Below, piece after piece: positions 36,017 to 45,384 of a stretch of DNA of 64,000 nt. This stretch comes from a bacterium (GTDB taxonomy: Bacteria > RBG-13-61-14 > DATKZS01). The stretch is taken from NCBI GenBank assembly GCA_963674965.2, contig CAXXFL010000007.1, positions 345,034 to 409,033 on the forward strand, written 5' to 3'. How positions within the stretch are numbered: the stretch's first letter is position 1; the number at the start of each line of letters is the position of its first letter. Position numbers and translations under genes: made by a program. The notes under the pieces are model-generated. The model worked only from the letters and a program-made list of their open reading frames with translations, ran no database searches and was not told the DNA's origin.

Positions 36017-36046
36017 ATTGTAATTAATTATATATAGCCGTGTCAA
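36017..36046 (-). promoter_or_regulatory. Sigma-70-like promoter (TTGACA-N18-TACAAT) upstream of pilB
   Basis: Minus strand: gccTTGACAcggctatatataattaatTACAATagataa, about 70 nt upstream of the pilB ATG in an AT-rich spacer. Confidence 0.4.
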
Positions 36047-36327
36047 GGCGGTCTTTAATTTGTTTTTAATAATAACGCCCATAAGCGGCAAAATCGCGAT
36101 TTCCAACCACTCCCGAAAGGCACTAAGCCCTCCAGGACTCCACTCTTGCAACTCGGAAAATACGCCTTCCACGTCCGCGTTACTAAACGAGAGCGGCCGC
36201 CGCCGACCTCAAGGTCCTTAAACGACTCGAGCTATGCTGGCTCGATCTTTCGTTAACGCTTATTAGATGATTTCAGTTCCAATAGGGATTCTACATTGAG
36301 GAAGCGTTTTGTTCCCCCCGACAATAA

Positions 36328-37596
36328 CTACGGGGAGCGGCCATCTCCATTCGCCTTTTCCTTATCCTCCTCAACTAGCACCTCAGTGATGGTCCTTTCG
36401 TTAGATTCCGAGATCGTGAAAACCAAATCCTTGTACCTTACGCGCTCGTCCTTGCGGGGAACGCGGCGGAAAAGGCTAAGCAGGAACCCGCCCATGGTTT
36501 CGTAATTGCCCTCGGGCAGGTCCCAGCCGAAAAGCTCGTTCAGGTCCCAGATCTCCATGCGGGCGCTGATGACCAGGCGCCCGTCCTCGAGACGTCGGTA
36601 AAGCACCACGTGGTCGTCGTGCTCATCCTCGATTTCACCGACGATTTCCTCGACTACGTCCTCCCTGGTTATTACCCCGACGCATCCGCCGAACTCGTCG
36701 ACCACCACGGCGAAATCGTAAGAATCGCGGCGCATTGACATCAGCAGTTCATCTATCGGTTTATTGTAAGGAACGTATCTTGCCGATTTTATTATTTGCG
36801 AGATACTCGCCGACCGATCCTCCAGGTCGAGAAGGTCCCTGGTGCGAAGCACGCCGGTAACGTTGTCCACCCGGTCCCGAAAAGCCGGGTATCTGCTGTA
36901 CATTCCGTTCGAGACCCGCCGCAGGGCCTCCCCCGCCGTGGCCGACTCGGAGATGGCCTCGACTTCTATTAAAGGAATCATGACGTCCTCGACCACCGTC
37001 TCGTTAAAGGCGAATATCCTGTCGATTAAATGCCGGTCATCCTCGCTGAACGCGATCTGAGCGCTGGGGTCGGTGAGCATTATTTTCAACTCGTCCCTCG
37101 TGTACCACAGGGCGTCCAGGTTCCTGCCCCCGCTCAGGACGGCCTTTAAGAGAAGCGAAAGGACCGTCAAGGGAAGAACGACGGGAAAGAGGAGGAAAAG
37201 AAATATCCGCAGGGCCGAGAGCATGGGAAGAGCAAGGTCGTTGGCTCGCGGACGAGCGTACACCTTGGGCAGCACGTTGCCGAAAAGAATAAACAGAGGC
37301 CATGCCCCGGCTAAAGCGGCCGCCGGCCCCCATGGTCCCAGCCTGGCGCTCAGCCAGATGAAGGAGGGGATAACCGCCAGCACGACGCACAGGGTGGACC
37401 CGACGATGGTGGTGGCTAAAAACCACTGAGGCCTTTTGAGAAATCCCTCCGTGAGCGGCCGGGGGGAGCGCTCGGTCTCGGCCCTCCTTACGATAAGGGC
37501 CCAGTCCGCCGATAATATAGCTATTTCCGCCCCCGCGAAAAAGGAGGAGAAAAGCAGGCAAAAGAACACGAGCGCGGCTACCTCGAGGCCGCTCAT
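36328..37596 (-). CDS. CNNM/DUF21-CBS-CorC_HlyC family protein (CorB/TlyC-like divalent-cation transporter), copy 2
   Basis: N-terminal DUF21 (FFAGAEIAILS), a CBS pair and a CorC_HlyC C-domain (YETMGGFLLSLFRRVPRKDERV). ATGA overlap with the upstream paralog. Confidence 0.85.
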   Translation of the reverse strand: MSGLEVAALVFFCLLFSSFFAGAEIAILSADWALIVRRAETERSPRPLTEGFLKRPQWFLATTIVGSTLCVVLAVIPSFIWLSARLGPWGPAAALAGAWPLFILFGNVLPKVYARPRANDLALPMLSALRIFLFLLFPVVLPLTVLSLLLKAVLSGGRNLDALWYTRDELKIMLTDPSAQIAFSEDDRHLIDRIFAFNETVVEDVMIPLIEVEAISESATAGEALRRVSNGMYSRYPAFRDRVDNVTGVLRTRDLLDLEDRSASISQIIKSARYVPYNKPIDELLMSMRRDSYDFAVVVDEFGGCVGVITREDVVEEIVGEIEDEHDDHVVLYRRLEDGRLVISARMEIWDLNELFGWDLPEGNYETMGGFLLSLFRRVPRKDERVRYKDLVFTISESNERTITEVLVEEDKEKANGDGRSP

Positions 37597-38879
37597 TGGC
37601 CTGGCCCCCTTTTTATTTCGATTTTATTGACGATGATCCCCTTGGCCTCGACTATTTTGAAGACCAGGCCCTCGATGGTCACTTCCTGGCCGGGCCGCGG
37701 CCTTTTTCCCAGCCTGGATATGACCAGCCCCGCCAGGGTGGCGTTGCCGTTCGCGGGAAGCGAGGCCCCCGTCCTGGCGTTGAATTCCTCCACGTCCATG
37801 CTTCCAAGCGCCATCCAATGGCTGTCGCCCAAGTTCAAGAGCTCGGGCTGGCCCGAGTGGGCCACCTCGCCGAATATCTCCTCGAGCACGTCCTCCAACG
37901 TGACCAGGCCGGCAAGGGCGCCGAACTCGTCCATCACGAAGGCGATGTGGGTCCTCTCCCGCCTGAAATCCACCAAGAGGTCGCGAACGCGGCGGCTCTC
38001 GGGGGCGAAAAGAGGGATCCGCGTTACGTCCCTCAAGGTCAAGGGATGATCGGAGTCCTCGGAAAGCTTGAGACGGATAAGGTCCTTGGCCGTGACCACT
38101 CCCACTATCTCGTCCCGGTCGTTCTCGAAAACGGGGTACCTGGTATAGCCCTCCTCCCGCAGGACACGGCGAGCCTCGTCCGCGCCCGAGGAGACCCGGA
38201 TGGCCTTGATCTCGTGGCGGGGAGTCATCACGTCAAAGGCCGTCTTGTCACCGGAGGAAATTATGTTGGCCAACAGCTCCCGCTCGGTCAGGTCGAGAAG
38301 GCCCTCTCGTGACCCCTCCTCCACGATCCGCCTGATGTCATCCTCCTCCAGCACTTCAGCGGCCCCTGAGGGAACGCCAAGCGCAAGAAGAAACAATTCC
38401 GACCCCTTGAGGAAGGCCCATCGTAATGGAAAAAACAGGCGAGAGAAAAAAAAGACGGGATAGGAAAAAACCGGGGCCAGGGCGCTGGAAAAATAAACCC
38501 CCAGGGCCTTGGGCAGCGTCTGAGCGAAAACGAGAATCAATATCGTCGACGCGGCCATGGCGGAAACGAGGGGGGCCGCCCCCTCGCTCACGGCCCCGCC
38601 CCAGGAAAAGGCTTTTTCCGGAAAACGAGCGACGTAAACCCAGGCGATGAGAATAACGCAGGCCAGGTCCGCCGTTTCGCTGCCCAGCGCCAGGGTGGCC
38701 AAAAGCCGGCGGGGATGGTCGAGCAGGGCCTTTATTAACGAGGCCGACCTTTTGCCCGAGCTTTCGAGTTTGGCCAGCCTGGCCGAGTTAAGCGAGAAGA
38801 GCGCGGCCTCGGCGGCGGAGAAAAATCCGCTGATAAACACCAGCGCGGCGACGATCGCCCACGCGGCCGGCCAGCTCAT
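37593..38879 (-). CDS. CNNM/DUF21-CBS-CorC_HlyC family protein, copy 1
   Basis: FFSAAEAALFSLN, a CBS pair and C-terminal NATLAGLVISRLGKRPRPGQEV. ATGA overlap with the thiL stop. Confidence 0.85.
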   Translation of the reverse strand: MSWPAAWAIVAALVFISGFFSAAEAALFSLNSARLAKLESSGKRSASLIKALLDHPRRLLATLALGSETADLACVILIAWVYVARFPEKAFSWGGAVSEGAAPLVSAMAASTILILVFAQTLPKALGVYFSSALAPVFSYPVFFFSRLFFPLRWAFLKGSELFLLALGVPSGAAEVLEEDDIRRIVEEGSREGLLDLTERELLANIISSGDKTAFDVMTPRHEIKAIRVSSGADEARRVLREEGYTRYPVFENDRDEIVGVVTAKDLIRLKLSEDSDHPLTLRDVTRIPLFAPESRRVRDLLVDFRRERTHIAFVMDEFGALAGLVTLEDVLEEIFGEVAHSGQPELLNLGDSHWMALGSMDVEEFNARTGASLPANGNATLAGLVISRLGKRPRPGQEVTIEGLVFKIVEAKGIIVNKIEIKRGPGQ

Positions 38880-39967
38880 TTGGACGCCCCCCCCGCCTCG
38901 GGCTCGAAATGCATGAAGATGGGGCGAGGCGGCTCGATTTCCTCGCCCTTACCGTTTAGTATCCTGACCCCTTCCCCACCCGTGATCTCCCCGATCCTGG
39001 TTATCCGGGTACCCAGGCTCGACGATATTTTAGCGACGGCCTTCTCCGCGGATAATGGAGCGGTGAATAATAGCTCGTAATCCTCGCCGCCCGTCAGCGC
39101 GGCGGCCAGGGCTTTTTCCCCGAGTCGATCCCTTACGTGAAAATATTCCTTGAAAGCGTCGGACAAGGGAAGGGAATCCGCGTAAACGTTGACGCCGACC
39201 CGGCGGGACTCCTCCGCTATCCGCGCCACGTCGTGGAACAGGCCGTCCGACACGTCGATCATCGAGGTGGCCGGACCGGCCAGGGCCTTTCCCTCCTCCA
39301 CCCTGGCGGGAGGGTCCAGATGCCTGAGCAGAGGACCGCCAAGCTTGTCGGTCCCGACCATATCCTCCGTTACGGGAGCGGGGATTTCCATTAGCCGGAT
39401 AAAGCCAAGGGCCGAGTCGCCCACGGTCCCCGTCACGAAAAGCCCGTCGCCCGGCCTCGCCCCGGAGCGGTAAACGGGAGAAGACTTCGCGGCCGATCCC
39501 ATGGCGGTGATCGAGATTACCATTTTTTCCGACCGGCACGTGTCGCCGCCCGCAAGGGAAACGCCAAGGTCCAGGGCCCGTTCCATGACCCCCTCCAGAA
39601 AAAGCTCCAGGTCTCGTTGGGGGTAGCTCGGCGGAAGGCCCGCCGCCAGGAAGATGAACCTCGGGTCGCAGCCCATGGCCGAAAGGTCCGAGACGTTCAC
39701 GGCCACGGATTTCCGGCCGAGAAGGCGGGGCGGGGTTCGATCGAGCTTGAAATGGACGTCCTCGATGAGAAGGTCGGTGGTGACGACCGTTTTTCCGTCC
39801 CCGGCCAACACGGCGGCGTCGTCCCCAATGCCCCTGATAAGGAAGGGATCGGGCCTCCCGGCGGCCAGCCGGGCCATGGAGACAATGCCCGACTCGCCAA
39901 GCGCCGCGATGGAACGCGTTCGGTCGGGGCCGGTACGGGAACCAGGGTCCTCGTCGCTATTCATCAT
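38876..39967 (-). CDS. thiL: Thiamine-monophosphate kinase
   Basis: AIR-synthase-related fold: GIGDDAAVL, TTDLLIEDVHF, AVNVSDLSAMG, GGDT. Confidence 0.85.
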   Translation of the reverse strand: MMNSDEDPGSRTGPDRTRSIAALGESGIVSMARLAAGRPDPFLIRGIGDDAAVLAGDGKTVVTTDLLIEDVHFKLDRTPPRLLGRKSVAVNVSDLSAMGCDPRFIFLAAGLPPSYPQRDLELFLEGVMERALDLGVSLAGGDTCRSEKMVISITAMGSAAKSSPVYRSGARPGDGLFVTGTVGDSALGFIRLMEIPAPVTEDMVGTDKLGGPLLRHLDPPARVEEGKALAGPATSMIDVSDGLFHDVARIAEESRRVGVNVYADSLPLSDAFKEYFHVRDRLGEKALAAALTGGEDYELLFTAPLSAEKAVAKISSSLGTRITRIGEITGGEGVRILNGKGEEIEPPRPIFMHFEPEAGGASK

Positions 39968-40072
39968 TTTCCGTGGAATTCATTTTCCGATAAGACACGA
40001 GCCATAAAACCCTACCGTTAATTGTAAGCACATCGAGGGGTTAAAATCAACGAGCAAGGCCGGAAATCGAGA

Positions 40073-40095
40073 GGGCGGGGAAATTTCCCCCGCCC
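40073..40095 (-). terminator. GC-rich hairpin after lon (terminator-like, weak T-tract)
   Basis: GGGCGGGGAAA/TTTCCCC(C)GCCC near-perfect palindrome 16 nt downstream of the lon stop. Flanking T-runs are short on both strands. Confidence 0.45.
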
Positions 40096-40110
40096 CCGAC
40101 CTTTTGCGCG

Positions 40111-42696
40111 TCAACTTCTTCGCGAGGAAGATTTTTTCGTTCCAGCCGCGACCTTTTTCTTGCCCGATATTTTGACGCCGGCTTTTTTAGCGGCTTTTTT
40201 CTTTTTGGACGCCTTTTCCGCCGGTTTTTTCGCATTGGCCTTGCCCGCCGACTTCTTCTTGCCGGGCGCCCCGCCGACCAGGGCGGCCTCGAGCACGTCG
40301 TCCACGGTCCTGGCGAAGATAAAGTTGATCTGTTTTCTCAGTTCCTCGGGGATGTCCTCGAGGTCCTTCTTGTTCCTTTCCGGGGCGATGATGTTGGTGA
40401 TGTTGTTACGGAGGGCCGCCAGCGACTTCTCCTTCAGCCCGCCGATGGGCAGGACCCTTCCCCTCAGGGTTATCTCTCCGGTCATGGCCACGTCCTTGCG
40501 GATGGGCCTGGCGCTCATGGCGCTTATAAGGGAGGTGGCCATGGTGACCCCCGCCGAGGGCCCATCCTTGGGGATGGCCCCCGCGGGCACGTGGACGTGG
40601 ACCGAGTGCTTGTCGAAAAAGTCGTCGGGCTTGCCGAAGTCGGCCAGTTTCCTCTTGGCGTAGCTGAGCGCGGCCTGGGCCGACTCCCGCATAACGTCCC
40701 CCAGGTGTCCGGTCAGGGTCAGGGATTTGGCCCCCTTGGTGATGCTGGACTCGACCATCAGAATCTCGCCGCCCGTGGCGGTCCAGGCCAGTCCCGTGGC
40801 CACTCCCACCTCGTCGGTATCCAGTTCCTCCTCCCCCAGGAAGCGGGGAACGCCCAGGTAGCTGGAGACGCCGTCCGCGTCGATTATCTTCTTTTTCTTC
40901 TCGCCCTCGGCCACCTTCCTGGCGACCTTGCGGGACACGTTGCCTATCTCCCGCTCGAGGTTTCGAAGCCCGGCCTCCCTGGTGTACTGCTCGATGATGG
41001 TCCTGATCCCGGCGTCGGTGAACTCGACGTCCTTTTTGGTGATCCCGTTTTCCTTGGTCTGCTTGGGAATAAGGTACCGCTTGGCGATATGCACCTTCTC
41101 CTCGAGGATATAGCCCGGAAGCTCGAGGAACTCCATCCTGTCGCGCAGAGCGCTGGGGATGGGATCGGCCAGGTTGGCCGTGGTGATGAACATGACCTTG
41201 GACAGGTCGAAGGGCAGGTTCACGTAGTGGTCCCGGAAGGAGTTGTTCTGCTCGGGATCGAGCACCTCGAGGAGCGCCGAGCTGGGATCGCCCCTGAAGT
41301 CGGAGCCCAGCTTGTCGATCTCGTCGAGCATGAACACGGGGTTGTTCGAGCCGGCCGTCTTCATGCCCTGGATGATGCGCCCGGGCAAAGCCCCCACGTA
41401 GGTGCGGCGGTGCCCCCTGATCTCGGCCTCGTCCCGGACCCCGCCCAGGCTCATGCGGATGAACTCCCGGCCCATGGCGCGGGCGATGCTGCGTCCCAGG
41501 CTGGTCTTGCCCACGCCCGGAGGCCCCACGAAGCAAAGGATGGGGCCCTTCATGTCCTTGTTGAGTTTCCTGACCGCCAGGTACTCGAGTATCCTTTCCT
41601 TGACCTTGTCGAGGTCATAGTGGTCCTCGTCCAGTATCTTCTTGGCCTTCTTTAAATCGAGCCTGTCCTTGGTGCTTGTAGACCAGGGAAGCTCGACCAG
41701 CCACTCGAGGTAACTCCGGACCTGCCCCGCCTCGATGGCCTCGGAGTGCATCATCTCGAGTTTCTTAAGCTGCTTTAACGCCTCCTTTTCCACCTCCTCG
41801 GGCATCTTGGACTTGGCGATCTTTTCCTTGAGTTCCTCTATCTCGGCCGCCTTCTCGTCCACCTCGCCCAGCTCCTGCTGAATCTGCCGGAGCTGCTCCC
41901 GCAGGTAATATTCCTTCTGGGTCTTGTTCATTTCCTCCTTGGCCTGGTTTTGAATCTGGGCCTGGACCTCGATCAGCTCGAGTTCCTTTTGCACCAGTTC
42001 GTTGACTCTTCTCAGCCTGCTCACGGGATCGATCATCTCGAGGAGGGACTCGGCGTCCTTGACCCCGAGCCCCATGTTTGCGGCCACCAGGTCGGCGAAG
42101 CGGCCCGGGTCGGTGAGGCTTTCGAGGACCATGACCAGGTCGGGTGGAATCATCTTTCCGAACTGGATGATCTTGTCCAGGCTCTCCCTGATGTTACGCA
42201 TGAGGGCCTCGACCTCGAGGGTCGCCTCGGTTGGTCCCTCCTCCTGGACCTCGACCTGGACCGAGTAATGGGGGTCCGTCTTCGAGTATTGAACGATCTT
42301 GCCCCGGGCCAGGCCCTGGACCAGTATCTTCACTCTCCCGTCCGGGAGCTTGAGCATGCGCATGATCATGGCCACCGTGCCCATGTCGAAAATGTCGTCG
42401 GGGGCGGGGTCCTCCTGGGCCACCTCCCGCTGGGAGGCCAGGAGGATGATCCTGTCCCTGGAGAGGGCCTCGTTGACCGCGTTGACCGAGTTCTCCCGGC
42501 CCACGAAAAGAGGAAGTATCATAAAGGGAAAAATAACCACGTCCCTCACCGGCAATAGCGGCATCTCCGTGGGTATCTTGAGCTGCTGAGGCTCGGCTGG
42601 AATGCGGGGGTCTGGGTCCTCGCCTCCCGTCCCTTCGCCGGGTTTTATCTGCTCGACTTTAATCTCGTCATTATTATTGTTGTTATTATCTTCCAT
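40111..42696 (-). CDS. lon: ATP-dependent Lon protease (LonA) with a Lys-rich C-terminal tail
   Basis: LON N-domain, GPPGVGKTSLGRSIA, PKDGPSAGVTMATSLISA (catalytic Ser). 861 aa; the last roughly 55 aa are KKxAxK repeats. Confidence 0.95.
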   Translation of the reverse strand: MEDNNNNNNDEIKVEQIKPGEGTGGEDPDPRIPAEPQQLKIPTEMPLLPVRDVVIFPFMILPLFVGRENSVNAVNEALSRDRIILLASQREVAQEDPAPDDIFDMGTVAMIMRMLKLPDGRVKILVQGLARGKIVQYSKTDPHYSVQVEVQEEGPTEATLEVEALMRNIRESLDKIIQFGKMIPPDLVMVLESLTDPGRFADLVAANMGLGVKDAESLLEMIDPVSRLRRVNELVQKELELIEVQAQIQNQAKEEMNKTQKEYYLREQLRQIQQELGEVDEKAAEIEELKEKIAKSKMPEEVEKEALKQLKKLEMMHSEAIEAGQVRSYLEWLVELPWSTSTKDRLDLKKAKKILDEDHYDLDKVKERILEYLAVRKLNKDMKGPILCFVGPPGVGKTSLGRSIARAMGREFIRMSLGGVRDEAEIRGHRRTYVGALPGRIIQGMKTAGSNNPVFMLDEIDKLGSDFRGDPSSALLEVLDPEQNNSFRDHYVNLPFDLSKVMFITTANLADPIPSALRDRMEFLELPGYILEEKVHIAKRYLIPKQTKENGITKKDVEFTDAGIRTIIEQYTREAGLRNLEREIGNVSRKVARKVAEGEKKKKIIDADGVSSYLGVPRFLGEEELDTDEVGVATGLAWTATGGEILMVESSITKGAKSLTLTGHLGDVMRESAQAALSYAKRKLADFGKPDDFFDKHSVHVHVPAGAIPKDGPSAGVTMATSLISAMSARPIRKDVAMTGEITLRGRVLPIGGLKEKSLAALRNNITNIIAPERNKKDLEDIPEELRKQINFIFARTVDDVLEAALVGGAPGKKKSAGKANAKKPAEKASKKKKAAKKAGVKISGKKKVAAGTKKSSSRRS

Positions 42697-42810
42697 GACC
42701 GCCTCCGCGAGTCCGCTGTATTTTCATTTCCCGCCTTAGCTCCAAACCGTTCCTACCTTCTCGTTATAGACGCGGGAGGCCCCGGTTCGATTCATTTTTC
42801 GGGCCAGGCC

Positions 42811-43266
42811 CTACTCGATCCTGACCCTTCTTTTTTCCTCGGGCTCCTTTTTTTGCGCGTCCACCGTGATTAATAGTACGCCGTTACGGAACCTGGCCAC
42901 CGGCGTGGAAGGGTCGAAATGCTCGGGCAGCTTGATGCTCCTTTGAAACCTTCCGAATTTTCGCTCGATTTGAAGATAAGAGATACGCTCGCCCCGAGAC
43001 CCCTCGGCGCGGGCTATATCTCCTTTAATGCCCTCGATGGTAAGGACGTGACCGGTGACGAACACGGCGATGTTGTCTTTCTTCATGCCCGGAAGCTCGA
43101 GCTCGATAGTGAGCTTTCCGCCCTGCTCGTATACGTCCATGGAGGGAAGATAGGCCTCCGTGTCGGCGCTGGGAAGATTGGCCGACCACATGGCGCGAAT
43201 TCTTGGGCGGGAACCAATTCCGGACTTCCCTCCCCCTCCGCTTTTCGGATTGTTCGAAGAGCTCAT
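42811..43266 (-). CDS. Hsp20/alpha-crystallin small heat-shock protein
   Basis: ACD: DVYEQGGKLTIELELPGMKKDNI...ERKFGRFQRSIKLPE...ARFRNGVLLITV. The track starts at 43296; ATG 43266 follows GGAAGGGA. Confidence 0.85.
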   Translation of the reverse strand: MSSSNNPKSGGGGKSGIGSRPRIRAMWSANLPSADTEAYLPSMDVYEQGGKLTIELELPGMKKDNIAVFVTGHVLTIEGIKGDIARAEGSRGERISYLQIERKFGRFQRSIKLPEHFDPSTPVARFRNGVLLITVDAQKKEPEEKRRVRIE

Positions 43267-43327
43267 GACTTGTCCCTTCCAGCCGGACTGTTTCATCCGT
43301 CTCGTAATCTAATTCCGACTATAAGAA

Positions 43328-43356
43328 AATGTAAGCTTTATCGAGCGCGCTGTCAA
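43328..43356 (-). promoter_or_regulatory. Sigma-70-like promoter (TTGACA-N17-TACATT) upstream of hsp20
   Basis: Minus strand: atccTTGACAgcgcgctcgataaagctTACATTttc. Confidence 0.45.
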
Positions 43357-43474
43357 GGATTTATTGGGAAAGGTTCGGCGGACTGGGCCATCGCCTTTCG
43401 CCACGAAAGAGAAGCGCGCGAATAACGGCTTTAGTAACGGCATGTTAGTACTGATATGCGCCTTTCGCCGCAAG

Positions 43475-43526
43475 GAAAACAAAAAAGAAGCGCGAAGGCC
43501 AATTTCCGGTTATCAGCCCTCGCGCT
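43475..43526 (-). terminator. Terminator after the 43572..44489 gene
   Basis: Minus strand: AGCGCGAGG-(19-nt loop)-CC(T)TCGCGCT followed by TCTTTTTTGTTTTCC. Confidence 0.5.
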
Positions 43527-43571
43527 CCTGCATTCTTGTATTTACTAAACGCTTTTAATCACATGGATTAT

Positions 43572-44489
43572 TTAAAATGGAAGCCCACCCGTATAGGGCA
43601 GCCTGAGGAGCATTCCCTCCGGCTCGGCGATCACCACGTCGCCGGGTTTTACCTCCTCGCAGACTTTTTTCTTGAGCTTGGCGCTTGACATTTCCGCCTG
43701 GACCTCGTTGACCTTGTCCGAGGCTATCTTTTCGTTGTTGGCCAGGGGCTCGCCCGTAACCGGGTGAGTCATGGTCTCTCCCGCCCTGTAGATGGTGAAC
43801 TTTCTGCCGGGCTTTATTCCCAGGTCCGATCCGAAATCGATCCAGGCGATCCTGTCCTCGACCTTAATGATGTAGCCGGTAAGGGGGAATTCGGCCTGGA
43901 CCTTGCGATATAGTCCGTCCACCGCGCTTATGGTCGCCCGGTCGATGGCGGGCCCGACGTGGGGGTCGGTGACGCATACCAGGCTCTGGTTGGGGCTATA
44001 GCTTTCCGAGTCGTAACCTACAAGGGTATCGGTCATGGCCACCGACCCCGTCTCGACGTCCACTATCTTCACGTTCACGCTCACGCTGGCCCTGCCCGCG
44101 CAGTTGTGGACGATAACTCCCTTAACGTTGGTCTTGCTCTGCTCGACCGCGTAATCGGCCTTGGTTACCGATCCCACCACCACCAGGTTGGCTCCGAGCT
44201 TCTTGCCTATCTGGGAGGCCGCCGACTCGCATAACTCCGCCGAGGCGCCGCCCGCGTCCTGGTAGGCCTTGTCCGCCGCGCCGGAGTCCACCAGGTTGAA
44301 GTATTTCAGTTCCGCGAATATGTCCCGCGCGATCTTCGTCGCCTTCGGGCCAAGCCCCTTGCCGGTCTGGTCGTAAAATCCGGCCACCGCCACCGTACGC
44401 TTCTCATGGGCCCGCGCAATCCTCGGCGGGGCCGCCGCGGCCAATACAAAGACCACCGTCATGAAAAAGGAAAAAAACCTCACCTTCAT
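43572..44489 (-). CDS. Secreted/periplasmic protein with a CsgG/LpoB-like N-domain (tentative)
   Basis: Signal peptide. TVAVAGFYDQTGKG...LGANLVVVGSV...VKIVDVETGS follows the CsgG-family pattern as I recall it. RBS AAGGAGGAG. Confidence 0.55.
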   Translation of the reverse strand: MKVRFFSFFMTVVFVLAAAAPPRIARAHEKRTVAVAGFYDQTGKGLGPKATKIARDIFAELKYFNLVDSGAADKAYQDAGGASAELCESAASQIGKKLGANLVVVGSVTKADYAVEQSKTNVKGVIVHNCAGRASVSVNVKIVDVETGSVAMTDTLVGYDSESYSPNQSLVCVTDPHVGPAIDRATISAVDGLYRKVQAEFPLTGYIIKVEDRIAWIDFGSDLGIKPGRKFTIYRAGETMTHPVTGEPLANNEKIASDKVNEVQAEMSSAKLKKKVCEEVKPGDVVIAEPEGMLLRLPYTGGLPF

Positions 44490-44643
44490 TTTCGTCTCCT
44501 CCTTGTGCTGGGTTGCATACTATGATCGAAAAGCCGCGAACCGATTCAATTACAACTTTATCCTTACATTTACACCTCCCCGCCATTTCGCCCGACGCTT
44601 TAGCGACGTACTTTTTTGGCCCTAAATCTCCATATCACTATTT

Positions 44644-45384
44644 TCAGTACCTGAGATTCATCCCGCTCTCCTTTGCCTTCCATTTGCCCTCTTCCTTGAC
44701 AAGGAGCGCAAAACCACTATGCCCGCACAATTCGCCGCAAACCGCGCCGCCATGGAGCAAGGCGGATTTTTTATCTTTGCTTAGCCCAACGCGGGTAAAG
44801 TACCAAATCCGGTCAGCACCCGGATAATCCTCACGAAAACTTCGCCATCCTTCCATTCCGCTTGAAAAATATCTATCTCTTTCAAACTCTCCCATGACGT
44901 GGTAGTCAAAGGATAAATCGAAATGACGGCCCAGGGCGTAGCCTTGACGGTTCTTTTCCTCATAGTCTGAAAGAATCTCGGGCGTGAGGCTGGGCATCTC
45001 CTCGAACAATCGTTTTTTTAGTTCCTCCGAGGTCGGCTCCGGGTCCCCCTTGCCCGTGTTGCCTCCTATAATGATCATTGCCCGCTGACTTTCGGGCGTG
45101 GATGAATTAAGCAAATCGGAGATCACGGCGTAGTCCACGGAGCCCGGCGGGAGAAGAGGATACTTATCCACGTCGGAAAGACAAAGGAGTTCCAGTTCTC
45201 CTTTGCCTTCTTCATCCTGACTGGTCCCGTCGTCGAGCTTCCTGGCCACGATGCAGTCGGACGCGCCCGAATCATCCCGGGGGCCTTTCGATAAATGACG
45301 TCGGACGGCCGCCAAGCCGCCAAGTATGAAAGCCGCGGCAAGGAATATCGAAAGTAACCCGCTCCTCTTTGATCGCCTAATCAT
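44644..45384 (-). CDS. Signal-anchored hypothetical protein
   Basis: 246-aa ORF with N-terminal TM (LLSIFLAAAFILGGLAAV). GC visibly lower than its neighbours. No family recognised. Confidence 0.5.
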   Translation of the reverse strand: MIRRSKRSGLLSIFLAAAFILGGLAAVRRHLSKGPRDDSGASDCIVARKLDDGTSQDEEGKGELELLCLSDVDKYPLLPPGSVDYAVISDLLNSSTPESQRAMIIIGGNTGKGDPEPTSEELKKRLFEEMPSLTPEILSDYEEKNRQGYALGRHFDLSFDYHVMGEFERDRYFSSGMEGWRSFREDYPGADRIWYFTRVGLSKDKKSALLHGGAVCGELCGHSGFALLVKEEGKWKAKESGMNLRY

